DNA of 60,000 nucleotides from Vicugna vicugna (taxonomy: Eukaryota): assembly GCA_013265495.1 (NCBI GenBank), contig MU057560.1, positions 3,224,909-3,284,908 of the forward strand, in the 5' to 3' direction. Shown piece by piece: positions 1 to 13,400 of this stretch; within the stretch, counting starts at the first letter, position 1, and each line of letters starts with the position of its first letter. The position numbers were made by a program, and so were the translations under genes. The notes below the pieces were generated by a model. That model made no database searches, was not told where the DNA came from, and saw only the letters and a program-made list of their open reading frames with translations.

Positions 1-402
1 GAGATCATCATTCTAAGAGAAGTAAGCCGGAAAGAGAAAGAAAAACACCATATGATATCACTTATATGGGAATCCAAAAATATGACACAAATAAACTCAT
101 TTATAAAACAGAAACAGACTCACAGTCATAGAAAACAAACTTATGGTTACCGGGGGGAAGGATGGAGGGATAAATTGGGAGTTTGGGATTAGCAGATACT
201 AACTGCTAGATATAAAACAGATAAACAACAAGGTCCTGCTGTAGAGCACAGGAAACTATATTCAATACCTTGTAATGACCTATAATGAAAAAAATATGAA
301 AAGGAATATATACACATATATATGCATGCGTAACTGAATCACTATGCTGTACATCAGAAACTCACACAACATTGTAAACTGACTGCACTTCGATTTTAAA
401 AA
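1..402 (+). mobile_element. L1 3' end (cetartiodactyl/camelid-type 3' UTR), truncated by the window edge
   Basis: Typical L1 ORF2 end and 3' UTR motifs (atcattctaag..gaagtaagcc, aacaaacttatggttacc, agcacaggaaactatattcaata, ctgaatcactatgctgtaca) ending in an A-rich tail. Confidence 0.85.
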
Positions 403-2538
403 AGTTGGTTTCAAAAAACAACAGTATTAGAAAAGTCACAATGCAAATGTTTAATCAGCAAACATGGAAACAGCTAAGCTGAGAAAGGAGCTGCTCCTGC
501 GGACCCGACGCCGGCCTCGTGCACGGTGGGGCTGGGCGTGTGGTGTGCAGCCGCGGGGAGCAGGGGGCAGGCGGGGCCCGGGCAGCGACTTGCACAGCTC
601 AGCTCCACTCCCCGGTGTGTGGCCAGGAGCCGGGGAAATGCATCCAGGTCCCCCTGGAGCAAGCCCTCACACCGGCTCCACCACGGCAGCCCCGAGGTGG
701 ACAGGAGCCGCGGAGCGTGGTCTCTCTGTCCAGTGCTGGCACAGGCTACGGCATGGACGAGCCTCCAGCGAACAGAGCCAGAGCAAAGGCCACACACCGC
801 GTGACCCCACTTACGTGATACGTCCAGAACAGGGGACAGAAGGTGATTCCACGGTTGGGGGAGCTGCCAAGAGGTACAGAGAGTCTTTCGGGCGATGGAG
901 ACACGGGGAGTTGGACAGTGTGCTGGCTGCACAGCACGGTGAAGGAGTGTACGCTGGACACTGGAGAGTCTGGTGTCACGTGAGTGGTGTCTGAAAACAG
1001 ACTAAGAGCTTGAATTGATGCAAAAAAATAAAAGATGGCACTGACTGTGTCCTGAGGGGACGCCTTCCCGGCCACACTGTGAAAGGAGCGCTGATGTCTA
1101 AGCACAGAGGCTGGCGGAGGGCCCTGCACGCCTGCCCCCAGCTGCTCGATGCTGGAACCCAGCGCCGCCCACCTCCACGAGCCACATCCCTGGGCGCCGA
1201 GGGGAGGCCCGGTGAGGGCTGTTGGTGGGCCTTGACGTCCTCCTGGAAGCAACCCTGTGAAAGCCGGCGAACCCTCGAGCTGTGTGTCTTCTCTCTTCCT
1301 CTTTGCACGTGTGGCCTGACGTCGAGTACTTCCCGCTTTCTGCTGCTCTGGGAGGGCCTGCCTTTCCACGAGCACCTCCGTGTCCGCCTTCCTGGCCGGC
1401 CCGGCACCCCGGTACCCGCGCCCGCTCCCCCTCTGTCTCTCCATCTGTCTCAGCTGCTCCCACTGCGGACGGACTGGTCGTTTTCGAAGGTGGCATGTGT
1501 GGTGACTCTTCCTGACGTATTTTCACAGCAGGGGGTGAGCACCCAGTCTTCCCAGGAGACGCCGGCTGCGGTCCGACGGGGACGAAGTGGTGTCCCTGGA
1601 ACTGATTTGCTCGGTTACTCAGGAAGATGGATGGACAGATGGACAGATGGTGCGGGGGGTTCAGTGGCCCTTCTTGTCCTCGTGGACACCAAGGTAAGAC
1701 GGGGTTCCAGCCGCTGCCGAGGCCCCGGGGCAGCAGGGGCAGAGAGGCACTGACAACAGGAAACCCAACAGGAAAAGAGGACAATACAGATGAGGCGGTC
1801 GGCCTGGGTGCGGGAGCTACTCCCTCACGTGACAGAAAGATCCAAAGAAAGAAGGGAAAACCGCCGCGGTGAGGAGGGGCTGCGGGGGGGCCCTGGGCCC
1901 TCCCACGTCAGGGTGCTGCCTCCGCCGCAGGCTGGACCGCGCTGAGCCCCGAGCAGAGGCAGCTCCTGGGCCCCTAACCCAGGGAGTGACGGGCACTTTC
2001 TAAGTCCTGTAAAAACACGCAGCTGAACAGAGCAAGTCACAATGACTATTCTGACGAAAACACTTCACGGGTTTGCAGTGTGTCACCTCCGCCCGGGACC
2101 ACGTGCGTGGACAGGGAGAACACAAAGGCTGCAGGAGAGCGCGGGAGGCTCGTCACGGTGCAGGCTCACTGTGGCTTTCCCTTTCACAGGGAAAGCTTCT
2201 TGCGTCAGCACGGACACCCTAAATACAAACTGTTTCTCAGCGTGTGCACGTGTGCGTGCACATTCGTGTGTGCACAGGGCAGTAGAGTCGCAGCGAGGTG
2301 ACCTGAAGGAGGCTCCCCGTGAACCGCCTGGCACAGGCAGCCTGGTGAGGCGCTTCTGAGAACCTGCGGATGAAGGGCTGGGATGTCGCAGGACCCGGAA
2401 CACTGAGGTGCTACCCGTGTCCTCCTCTCTCTGGGTATGAGCTCAGGAGATGGTTTACACGCCCATCAGGGCGATCGCATGCGGATGGCCACCGTGCGAG
2501 GAGGAAGCCCTGCGGTGCCCGTGGACGCCCCTCCTTAC

Positions 2539-2625
2539 CTAATGGGAGCTTCAGAAATGCCGGTGCTTCCCTGAGATACTCAACAGTGACGGTCACTTGT
2601 CTCCAGAATTCCTCAAAAGACGCAC
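2539..2625 (-). pseudogene. SNTG2: SNTG2 exon 7 (end of PDZ domain), with 1-nt deletion creating an immediate TGA
   Basis: Acceptor ttggcag, then GTG CGT CTT TTG AGG AAT TCT GGA GAC AAG TGA (VRLLRNSGDK*, stop at 2595-2593). VTVTVEYLREAPAFLKLPL continues in the shifted frame up to donor gtaagg. Length is 87 nt versus 88 expected. Confidence 0.9.
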
Positions 2626-3239
2626 CTGCCAACACGACAAAACACAGCCGCTTTACCATCACAAAGGGACCAGCGCAGAAATGGAAAAGCCCCTGCTCCC
2701 CTGGCCTGTCTCTCAAGAACTCAGCGCTCAGGGCGGGAAGCCCGTTAGCCTCACCTGGAGTAACAACACAGCGGCTGTGTCTCCGGCCACGGCCGCTGCG
2801 CCCCCCTGCACAAACGCTCACACACACCTGTGCACGCCGCGCGCCGCACCCGGCACGCGTCCTCGGGCTGTGGAGTCACTGCAGGGTGGACGCAGCCCTC
2901 ATGGCAGGTGCGGTGACTGGAGTTGTGTCCTGGCCCCCCAGACGCCCTTCTGCCTCCTCAGCCCCCGGAGCGAGGGGCGGGCCGGCCGGCGGTGAGCGCG
3001 TGCGGAGCCGGTGTGAGCTTGTGCGTCCATGTGTGAGCTCTGTGAGTGCGTGTGAGCATGTCTGTCCCCCACAAAATCCACATTCTCTCAAGAACACGGG
3101 GCACCCACAACAGTTGCTCAGGCACAAAGGGAGCCAGGAGCAAGCAGGGTGCAGGCGCTGGAGAGTTCGTCCTCTAAGCAAAGTGACAACGGCTCGTTAG
3201 ACAGGCCCTGGTCTGAGCAGCGAGGTCTCACGTTTCTGG

Positions 3240-4570
3240 CCATTAAGTACTTGGTCAGCCGCAGGTTCTGTAGACATCCTTCACTAAGCTGAGGAGAGCC
3301 CCCTCCCCTCGTAGTTCACTGAGACCTTTGGTCACGGGTGGGTGCTAGCTTTGCCAGATGACCTTCCTGCACCTGCTGGCATGATCGCGTGGCCTCTCTT
3401 CTCCGGCCTGTTGATGCGACGGTTCCGTTACTGACTGTCCAGGGCTCAGCCAGCCCGGCATGTTTGGGATGAGTCCCACTTGGTCATGATGTGCAATTCT
3501 TTTCGTACGCGGCTGGATTTGACTTGCTGGCATTTTGTTGAAGGTTTTCCATCTGTGTTCATGAGGCATACTGTTCTGCAGTTTTCTTCTCTGGTTTGGG
3601 GTTAGAACGGCCCGTGTACCGTACGGGGGGTTGGGAAGCACCCCTTCTGTTTTATTCTCTCAAAGAGACTGTGGAGATTGGTAGTGTCTTCCTCAAGCGT
3701 CTGGCAGAATCACCAGTGACCCACCTGGAGCTGGCGCTTTCTGTTTCGGAAGGTTATGGATCATTCATTCAATTTAGTAACAGATACAAGCCTATTCAAA
3801 CGATGTCTCTTCTTGTAGGAGGTGCGGCAAATTGTGTATTTCCAGGGGTCAGCCCATGTCACCCAGCTAATCAAATCTGTGGGCACAGAGCTCACAGCAT
3901 TCCTTTATCACCCGTTTAACGTCCACGGGATCTGCAGCGACGTCCCCTTCCTCATGTCCAACATCAGCAAACTGTGTCTTCTCACGGCTTTTCTAGCTAG
4001 TCTGGCTAGAATTTGTCGAATTTATTGATCTTTTAAAATAGCAAATTGCTGATTTCACTGATTTTCTCTACTGATTTATTTTCAATTTCTTTGGTCTCTG
4101 CTCTAATTTTTGTCACTTTTGTCCGCCTGTTCACTCTGGACTTCATGGCTCACTTTTTCTAACTTCCTTCTGAGGGCCGCTGTGACTGCAGCCCGCAAAG
4201 TCTGAGAAGCTGCGTTTGCTTTTGCATCTAGTTTAGAACATTTTTTAAACTTCTTCCAAGGTTTCCTCTGCCCCATGTGGTGGTCAGAGCCTCCGAGTGT
4301 CAGGGGCTCTCCAGCCCCCTCTCCACTACTGATCTCTAGTTGAATTCTGTTACGGCTGGACAGCAGATACTGCATGGCTTCTGTTTTTTCAAATTGGCTA
4401 AGATGCGGTTCACAGCCCAGAAAGTGGTCCATCTTGGTAAGCGCCCATGTGAGCTCGGGAAGAACGCGAGCTCCCTGTTGCTAGACGAGTTCATCTGTAG
4501 GTACTCATCGTGGCCAGCTGACCACGGCTTGGCTGAGTTCAACTGTGTCCTTACTGGTTTTCCTGCCTGC
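3240..4570 (-). mobile_element. Ancient degenerate L1 ORF2 fragment (endonuclease to RT region)
   Basis: Minus-strand translations FNKMPASQIQPRTKRIAHHDQVGLIPNMPGW (L1 RT: [30 protein letters not shown]), DHFLG..LSQFEKTEAMQYLLSSRNRIQLEIS (L1 EN: DHILG..LNKFKKIEII..SDHNGIKLEIN) and FFPSSHG. Confidence 0.85.
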
Positions 4571-7500
4571 CGGATCTTTCCCTTCCTGATCAACTGTCCT
4601 TTTATCTTTGTGCTGAGTGTCTGTCATCCACTCAGCAGTCCTTCATTTCCCTTCTCAAAGCTCCTTTGTGTGAAAGGGAAGCCAAGCACTCTGCTTCCCC
4701 AGATACTTTGCTGAGAGAAACTCATGTAAGGTCTGGAAGCTGCAAGACGAGAAGTCCCTGGTCCCCGGGTCGGAGGAGCAGCTGCTGGGCAGACGGGCCC
4801 TCCTGGGCTGCCCGGCGCTCCCGCGCGCTCCGTCTCATCCACGGCAGACAGCAGGCGCGCTCCTGCTTCGTGAAGACTGCAGCGGGTTCCTGGCTTGTTT
4901 CCGAGACCCAACCACGTTAGTTCTCAGCGCTCAGACGGCAGATCCCTGCACTTTGCTCTCCCAGGGATTCCGACGTGCTGTGAACCACTCTATCCCCAGT
5001 CAAACTGTTACGGCAACAATTCCTGCCACTGTGCCTGCCTTCCTGCTGGGATCCTGCTGGGCAGTGTCTCGAGGTGGGGACAGGGAAGGAGGCTGCTGCA
5101 GCTGCACTGGGGAACCTGGAGACAGAAAACCCCACAGCTCAGGGGTTAACGTTTCCGGCTGGAACCCGGAATCGAGAACCAGAGCCTCATGGTCCACCTG
5201 AAATGATTCCTCATTTCTTGTAACTACACAGGTGAGGCTTCTGAAGTCCCAGCTGGGAGGCTGGCAGAGCAGGTGACGCGTGGCTGAGTCCTGAACCTGT
5301 AGCTCGTGTTGCAGTCAGGACGCTGACCAGAAAGAGCGGGGTCAGGAGCAGACGTCAGTGTCCCTGTCCCTCTCCACCCCGTCTTCCTCTTCCCCTCTGT
5401 GGGCACTTTCCTCCCCTGAGGGTCCTGGAACCACCTTCCTGAGCAACAGCCTGGAAGGAAAATGCTGACTCCGGAGACCCAGCCCCTCTGCCTCCCAGTA
5501 ACTCCCAGCCTGTAGCGGGTCTCAGGTCTTGGCGTGAAGTCTGACTTCAGCAGAGGTGTTCCATGTACGTCAAGACAACCACAATATTCTACCCAATTGT
5601 ACCGGCCGGCACGTGAGCGTGCGGATGTGTGCTGAGAGAGTGAGACCTGCTGGACCGAGCCAATGGACTAGGGGTTCTAGATTCAGTTTCTTAGTTTAAG
5701 CAAGTAAGTCAAATAGTTTCCACTGTCTGTTGACTGAAATCAGGACACAACGTGGCCAAATCAAACGAGGTTGAGATACCAGAACTTCCCAGAGACACTG
5801 CTGAAGAAGTAATTCAAAGGGCTGCAGAGACGGAGTGCCCTGCTCACCCACCCCCTTGCTGGAGCCACGTCCACTCCTCCAGGGAGGGTCCAGGGGACGC
5901 TCTCTTCGCCAAAGGACTGAGAACAGTCTAGGTGAGGAAAGCTCTGGCTTCCTGCGAAGGCTCTGCTGTGTTGTTCTCCTGCTGACGAGGGACGGATGGG
6001 CGATGCCTCCACCAAAACTGGTCTCCTGACTCAGAAAGACACAACGGGGTCCTGGGGGCAGAGCCCCGGGGACGGCACTCAGCCACCAGAGCCAGTGGTT
6101 CGGTTCCCCTGATGGGCAGGAGGGCTGAAGGTCTGGCCGTGGCTCATTGATCCTGGAGCCCCTGGGCCTGAAATAGATGAGGAACGTATCACGGTTGTAA
6201 CCGATCCATGCAGGCGCTCAGTCTCCCGATCAGGGAAGCAGAGCCCTGACCGGTCATCACAATACAGAGCCACCGGGTCTCCATCAGCACTGACAGCCGA
6301 GTGGGTTCACAGTCTCCCTGTCCCCTGAATGAAGGAGAGTCTAAGTCCATTTGAGGAAAGATTGTCAAACACTTTCACTGCAAATCCCAGCCCCTGTAAG
6401 AGGCTGTGTGACACCGGTGACGTGCAGTGTGAGAGACGCGGGATCCGCGTCCGTGCTGATCCCTGGACACCAGCACCCGCCACCGTCCGGCGGTCAGAAT
6501 TCAGGTCCTAATGCGGCCAGGCGATCAGGGCCTTTCGTGCTGGACCCATCTCACCTCCGTCCCTAACACACCCTGTGGTTATCTTCCCCTTTTCTGCAGA
6601 GACCAGGTCCTAATGGAAGAGCTGAGCACATCAACAAGAGCTGGACTTCCCCTCCCCCAGCACCACCACACCAACAAACCTCCGCCAACCACACCCACGC
6701 CCCTACCAGGAGTTTAGCTCCCCATTCCCGTGACCTGGAACCTGCTAACTTCGAGGCCTGGGAATTAGGCAGAAGTGGTGCTGAACCAGAGCCACCTGCT
6801 GAAGCGCCTGTGGGGGGTCAGGTGGTTCTGATGTGCTTTGGGGCGGAGAACCACCTCTCCAAACAACTTCCCGTCTCATGAAGGAGAAAACGTTCTGGTC
6901 GGTTATCTATCCACCCACGCTTCTGCCATCCGTCAGTCACCTGCCTGCCCACCACCTTCCATCTGTCCAACCTGTCCCTCAGCCTGTTTCTCTGGTAGCA
7001 CTAGGGCCCATGTAACCAGATGGAAAGGCTGACAGTCTCCCGCAGTTCCTGCTCTGTCACAGAAGCAGAGACTGAGGGAACGGTGACCTTTCACCTGGAA
7101 GAGAGAAGATGACAGGAGGGGGACCTGGAGCAGGCTGGGCACCATCAGGAGGAAGAGGGGTCCTGTCAGCCCCTAGACCCGAGAGCAGAGGCAGAGCAGC
7201 CAGAGGACCAGCTCCTTCTGCAGCAACAACAGGGCTTCCACTGTCATTTCTGAAATACAACTCTCACTCCCTGATTAGACCAGGCCCACCCCTGAGGTCC
7301 GAGGTCATACACGACGGGACGCCTGCTTCGGCATTAAGCAGAAGGAAGCTGCACACGTTATTGGCTCCAATTTTCTTTTTTTTGGTGAGTACTTTTCCCT
7401 TTCCCTGGGCTGTGGGGGCGTTACTGAGGTGTGCACTGTCTCTTTTAATTACTATGTATTTTCTCACCTTAAGAAAGCAAACTTCAGCAGAAATTGGAAA

Positions 7501-8671
7501 ACAACAAAAACGTTCAGTTTAGGAAGTGAAGAGGTGAGAGCGGGTCACCTACCCAAAGGTAACCGAGACCACAAGTCGCTCGACACCAAGAAACACTTCA
7601 TCTCACCCCTCTGCCTGGCGGGCACGAAGTTCGTCCTTCCCTCAGTGACGAGTCACTAACACACTGTGTGCTGGTTTGATGGAAAGTCCGTGTCCCGCAG
7701 ACCAGATATGTTTGGTGTCCAGGCTGCCCGCCCTCATTTGGAAGTGATGTTGGCTCAGTGGAAAATAAACAGCGATGAAGGGCGCACAACTGACCGCATG
7801 CAGAGCTGCCCCTCCCCTGAGACGCTGGCACACTGACATCCTGCTGGGCTTCACCACACCAGGCAGAACAGGCCACCTTGTGAGGGACCCCGACCGCCTG
7901 CCCTGCAGGGTCCTGGGCTCCCCCCCACCTCGGCCCGTCCCCCATCCCTCAGCCTCCCCACGCTCCAGGGCCCGCTCTGGCCGGCCTTCTTCTCTCCCCA
8001 TCTCGCTCTCCAAGGTCCGGCTCAATCACCATCCACATCAATGCTGTCCCCGCCCAACGGAACACGCGTCCCTGTCCCCACGACCCCAGTCCCGTGCATC
8101 GGGGCACGTGGCCGTACACATGGATTCACCACAGGGCTTCCTGTGCCTGATTAAGGCTTCGGCATGGATGTTCCCTGCACCCTTCCCGGCAGTGTGGACC
8201 CGACCCCTCCACAGGAGTAATGCCGGGTGGAGGCCCTGTGACCCCCGTCCCTGGGCCAGCACTGAGGCTAAGTGCTGGAGACGTCCTCCCAGACAGACGG
8301 ACGGACGTGCACACAGGGCCCAAGGAGCCGCGCGGGGGCCCCTCACTGGCTCCACTCAGGCCGCCCAGGGCCCCACCCCCTAAATTTCAGCTCTCCTGTC
8401 TTTAAAATAGAAGCCACCAAACCCACCCTCTACAGTGTCTGCGAAGACCTGTCGCCTGTGGATGTGACAGCACAAGGGCTCACGACCCGGAGGGCACTGC
8501 ACAAAGGCCTCTTGGAAACATGACTTTTACGTCTAAGCTTTTCTTCCCGGTTCTAAAACTCTGTGTCTGCGACACACTCAGTGAAATACACTTTTAAGGG
8601 AAAAATCATCAGAGTAAGAGAAAAGCTAATAAAAAGAAAAAACAGCAACATCTAAAGTCTAATACACTCAC

Positions 8672-8713
8672 CACTTCTTCGTGGGTTGCATTTCCCACAT
8701 GAATGCCATTAAC
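8672..8713 (-). CDS. SNTG2: SNTG2 exon 6 (PDZ), open
   Basis: Acceptor tcttttcag, then VNGIHVGNATHEEV, then donor gtgagt; 42 nt, separated from exon 5 by a 97-nt intron. Confidence 0.94.
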
Positions 8714-8810
8714 CTGAAAAGATGACGAATTAAGAATTTTGAGGAAAAGAACTGAATTAGTGTAAAACTGAAGTGTAACACAGTTAAGCACTGGGGTTTA
8801 AAATACGGAC

Positions 8811-8854
8811 CTGCAGAACGGCGTCCCCCACAAACAGCATGCCCGTCCGGTCAG
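8811..8854 (-). CDS. SNTG2: SNTG2 exon 5 (PDZ), open
   Basis: Acceptor cacccgcag, then (A)DRTGMLFVGDAVLQ, then donor gtccgt; 44 nt. Confidence 0.93.
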
Positions 8855-8947
8855 CTGCGGGTGTAGAAGTGGCAGCAGCGTCAAGAGAGGCTCGGAGACA
8901 TCACGCGTCAGGGCAGTGGCCTCAGCTCAGCGTCTGCAGCAACCGGC

Positions 8948-9135
8948 AGTGTGTGTGTACACGTGTGTACGTGTGTGTGCACGCAGGTCACGTGGGCAAG
9001 TTTGTGTGTATGTGCGTGTATGTGTGCACTGCGACGTGTGAGTCCGTGTGCACACGTGTGCATGTGGGTGAGTCCATGTGCATGTGCAGATGTGTGGTGT
9101 GTGAGTGTGCGTGTGTGCGGGTGTGTGTACCCGGG
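8948..9135. repeat. Degenerate (TG/CA)-rich alternating purine-pyrimidine tract
   Basis: Runs such as gtgtgtgtacacgtgtgtacgtgtgtgtgcacgc, just upstream of exon 5. Confidence 0.8.
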
Positions 9136-10369
9136 TGTGGAAAAGCCAACAGCACAGCAGGCACCCCTGAGGCGAACCAGGCAGCTAGACAAGCACGTTA
9201 AGAGGGTGACTTTCCAAGCACAGGAGCCTGGTTGGGGAGGAGCGTGGACACCACTCCCTCCGGACGAGGGGCGTCACCACACGTGCAGAGTCGGACGCGG
9301 CTTCACTAAGTCCACACAGACAGCAAAACACGAACCCCAGAAGCCCCTCAGGATTCCCCTTTTCTCGGGAACAAATCTACACAGACCGCTTTGACTAACG
9401 AGTGGGCCCAGAATATCAAAGGGGAAAGGAAAGAAACACTTGGTGTGGTCAAGTCCAAGTGTAATCTCTCCAGCATCATTTCCCCTTAACTTTCCACTCT
9501 CACAGGCAGAGGCAGAGCGACAACTCCTTTCAACGGCTGATCAAACCCGCACCAAATGTAGAGCGCTTGTAGTGTAAACCGTGACACTTCCCGCTGTAAT
9601 GCAAGGGCCTGGCCTCAGCTCTGACCGCCCAGGAGGCCCGGCCTCACCCCAGACAAACAGCGGGGCCCCCACCGAGGCCCCTGCGCTGTGGACGGCTTGG
9701 CTGAGCTCAGGGACTGACCGTCTGGGCTGCCTGCTTCTTCCCTCCTCGAGCTTTAAATTCCTGCTCTTACGTTTAAATCACAATACAGAGTGACCCCCGG
9801 GAACCCCCAGGGAAGCAGGACCCTGGGCCCCTGCGCTCTCTGCCCACGACCTCGACCTGGCTGTGGACCCAGGTGTGCTGTGCGGTTTCCAGGTCCTGCC
9901 AGGAGCGAACCTTCCTGTTTTCAAAGCTCCTCCTGGTTATTGCTGACGGCGTCCTGCAAACACAACAGGACCACAAGGGCTGACCCAGTCCCCACACGGG
10001 CTGGAGCCAGGCTGAGACCCGCACGAAGCCCTTTTACAGATCTCTCTCCTTCACCTGGATTTCCTCTGATTTACAAGCCTTTGGTTAAATAAGAGAAGCC
10101 AAGTAATAAGCTATTCCCTTCACACTGTAACCGTCTTTAAATTCCATGCAAACATGTGATGGCAATTGTTAATACCAGTTCTCGTCGTTAACTAGTATTA
10201 AGTTTTGTTGCAAATAAAATAGTCTTTACGTTATTGACTGTGATGGTATGATTTTAGGTAACTAAGAAAGTTCTCGCTGACACCACGACTTCGCCCAGAA
10301 AGCCTGCCTCACCCCTCAAGGGAGACCTGCGCCCCGTCCGGCCCCACGGGAGGCCTTCCGGATTCCCCC

Positions 10370-10432
10370 CCTCTGTCTCCGTCTCCGTCTCTGTCTCTCT
10401 GTCTCCATCTCTCCTCCTCTCTCTCATCTCTG
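10370..10432. repeat. Pyrimidine-rich (CTCCGT/CTCTGT/CT) simple repeat
   Basis: ctctgtctccgtctccgtctctgtctctctgtctccatctctcc. Confidence 0.7.
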
Positions 10433-13400
10433 TCATTAAATAAAAGTTAATTAAAAAGACTATCCAATTAAATCTTTGAAATGCTTTCCATTTGATGGGC
10501 TTTTAGTCCTAAAGAAACAAATTAAAAAGCGGTGAAATGGATGATAAAATAAAACCATGGAAGTTTAAGTTTAATTTAAAATTTTAATTAACGTTCCTGA
10601 ATAAAATAAACTCTTTGGTCAGAATATACTAGGCTTGTGGGTTTTGGCTGAAAAGCGATTCTAGTTTATTTCTGTGGTGATTCTGCCGTTACGCTGGGAT
10701 GGAAAATGGAAAAACAGCATAATGCAGTTTAACCCGTATAAATATTCAAAGGTGCAGACTAGCTACAATGGGCTAATATTTTCTATTTCTGTTACACTTT
10801 CCTTCTCAAGGCAAACTAATTGCTATTACCCATATCTGAGGTGATGTAAATTTAATCATTGTTGGCAATACAATGGTTTTGTAACAAATAATTTGCTCTT
10901 TTTGCAACTTTAGTCTTTGCAAAATTCAGACATAAATATTGATGAATAAAACCTCTGGGTAATAGCGTAAAAGGGTAATATTTCTTAAAAGTCTTCCCGT
11001 TTGAGCACTGAACTTCATTATCTGGACTAACAATGACTAAAACTAGCCTTTCCTGCGCGTCAGACCCTCCTCGCGGTCCACTTTGCGCTCTGACTCTGGA
11101 ACCACTTGACCACCCGTGTGGGGCACGGCTGTCCCCGGGTGGGCGGGTCCCCTGTGGGGACGTGGGCCTGTGGTTTGACAGGAAAGCCACACAGAAGAAC
11201 TAAGTTCAAAGACTGTGGACAGAGGCAAGGAACGCGCATTCTCGGTGTGAACCCCACACCTGCACGAAGATGGGCACTGACTCCAGCGAAACCCCACCGC
11301 AGCAGCCTTCCTGGAAAGGCACAAAGTCCCGTTGCCAGTGGCGGTCGTGGCAGCCCTCTGCTGTGGACGGCACGGCTGGTGACCGGCACTGGGAACACGG
11401 GCGAGGCACCCTGAGGGACAAGCACCCCTGTCTGTGGGGCAGGTGGGCAGCAGGTGCACACGGCGTCCCACAGGAGCAGAGGATGCAGGCGGCAGGACAC
11501 CCTCCTGAGAACGGCCTCGCCCAGGGCCCAGTGCTCGTGAGGCCAGCCGGGCTCCAAGCCCACAGCGCAGCACATGGCCCACTCGAGTGGTCCTGAGACG
11601 GCTCGTCTGGGGCAGCACCTACCCCACCAGGTGCTGGCATGCTCCCTGTGGTGCCATTAACTGCCCCACCTTCCCTCTTCTGGCTGGTCAGCAGTGGGTT
11701 CTGGGCGTCCCTGGCATCCTCCAGGGACGAGTCAGGACCCCTGAGCACCAGCACAGCCTGGACGGGCAGAGGCTGCTGGTCAGAGCCCAGCCCAGGGCCG
11801 AGCTCCGGAGCAGATGGTCTCAGAAAGGGAAGGCGAGACCAGAGACGGCCAGGAGACCGTGGAGGAGTGGGAGGAGAGGCAGGCTCCGCCCTGAGACTTG
11901 CTGTGCCGAGCTTCCTGTGGTGCCTCCCAGCAGCTGGAGAGGAGGCTCTGCTTCGGGAGAGAGTGTGTTGGCACGTCTGGACTCCGGTTGGAGGACTGGA
12001 CGCCCCTGTTACTCCTGAGGACACCCACCTGGCCGGCCACCCCAGACGCGGGCGCACCTCCCAGCTCACGAGGGGCGGCCTGGTCACCCTCTGCAGATAA
12101 AGCTGGTTCTCATCCTGAACTGGGCATAACATCCTTCTCTGATTTTTGTCGTCTCCCTTCATCCCAGTCTTTTCGGAAACTGATATTCACACCCACACAT
12201 TAAAAACTTCACTTAGAAAAAGAACTGAGAATGTTCACGAAGACCACAGGAGCCGAAAAGGACTGGAGCACCTTCCTTCAGTTACTGACCAGCCAGCCCG
12301 ATGGGTGACGGTGGCGCACGAGGCTCCGAACACTCCGAGCTCAACGAGGAGCCGAGTCCTTCCCCCTCACAGAAACTGCCTCAGACGGACTCAGCTCTGC
12401 AGCTCTTCCACTTCACAACTACAGCGCTGGCTTGTACAGCAGAAGGGCGTTCGCCCAAGGGAATCATAATGTTTTGTCAAAGTGCTTTAAAAACCTCGAA
12501 AAATAATGGTCATTTGAGTCAGAGCCTTGTGCCCTATGGTTACAGTTAGAACTGTATTTTCTTACAAAGCAAACGGCAGGGGAAGGACCAGGCTCCTTCC
12601 GAGCCTGCGGCTGGGGTGGGTCCCCGTGGAAGCCCCTCTGGCTCTGTCCCCTCAACCCCCAATAAGTGCGATCTGTCTGCTGCAAACGTTAAAGGCAGGT
12701 GCTGTGACTTCGCTCAGAAAGGGAAAATACCGTATCACGCTGAGTCCTGAATTCCATCCTTTTGGTACCAAAGAGTCTTTACACGCATGCAGATTTTGTT
12801 ACAATGCCTCTTTCCCCCACGAATGAATTCAGAGCACTGTGGGGAGTTCACATCCCCTGGGAACCGTCTTTGCAGGAAAATGTGACCCCCCAGGTCTGAG
12901 GTAGGCGTGATGCCCGAGGGCACGCCGTGCAGACGCCCCAGATACCAGGTTCCGAGCTGAAGCACGAACTGACTCTGCAGTTCCCACTGAACCTGCACGT
13001 CTCGGGGGCCGGTGTGTCCATCCGGGAGGCCCACAGTCTCTGCCCCAGGACTGGTTGGCAGGGCGCACCCCTTCCTGATTCAGGCCTCCCTCTGGACGCT
13101 GCACAGTTTCAGGCTCGGGGCGCGCTGCCCTCCGCCAGTTTTGGGAGCACCATCACCTGAGCCACAGGTCCCACTGACAGGGAGTAGCTGGCAGGACAGG
13201 GAGCCGAGGGTCCTGGTGGGAGTGGACCTCCCTACCCGCCACTAGCAATGTGACACTGTCAGAAAGCCTCCACTTCTACGGGAAACGAGCAGCCCCACAC
13301 AGGGAGGACCCCGTCCTCACTCTCCCGTCTACACACAGCGGCCTCGGGAAAGGGCAGCGGCTCCCAGGGCCAGCGGCCCATCTTGTCAGCAACGCCTGCC

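Noticed and set aside
464..2500. Overlapping ORFs, or SNTG2 exon 8
   Set aside because: No recognisable protein similarity, and I found no match to the expected exon 8 peptide (SPGPSSDHSSG..LFDSGLHLNG), which probably lies left of the window.
8839..9394. Cys/Val/His-rich ORFs here and at 41180-42007 resembling metal-binding or keratin-associated proteins
   Set aside because: They are translations of TG/CA simple repeats.
11043..12203. 318-aa and overlapping ORFs in intron 4
   Set aside because: No domain similarity, and ORFs occur in most frames on both strands, which is typical of GC-rich chance ORFs.
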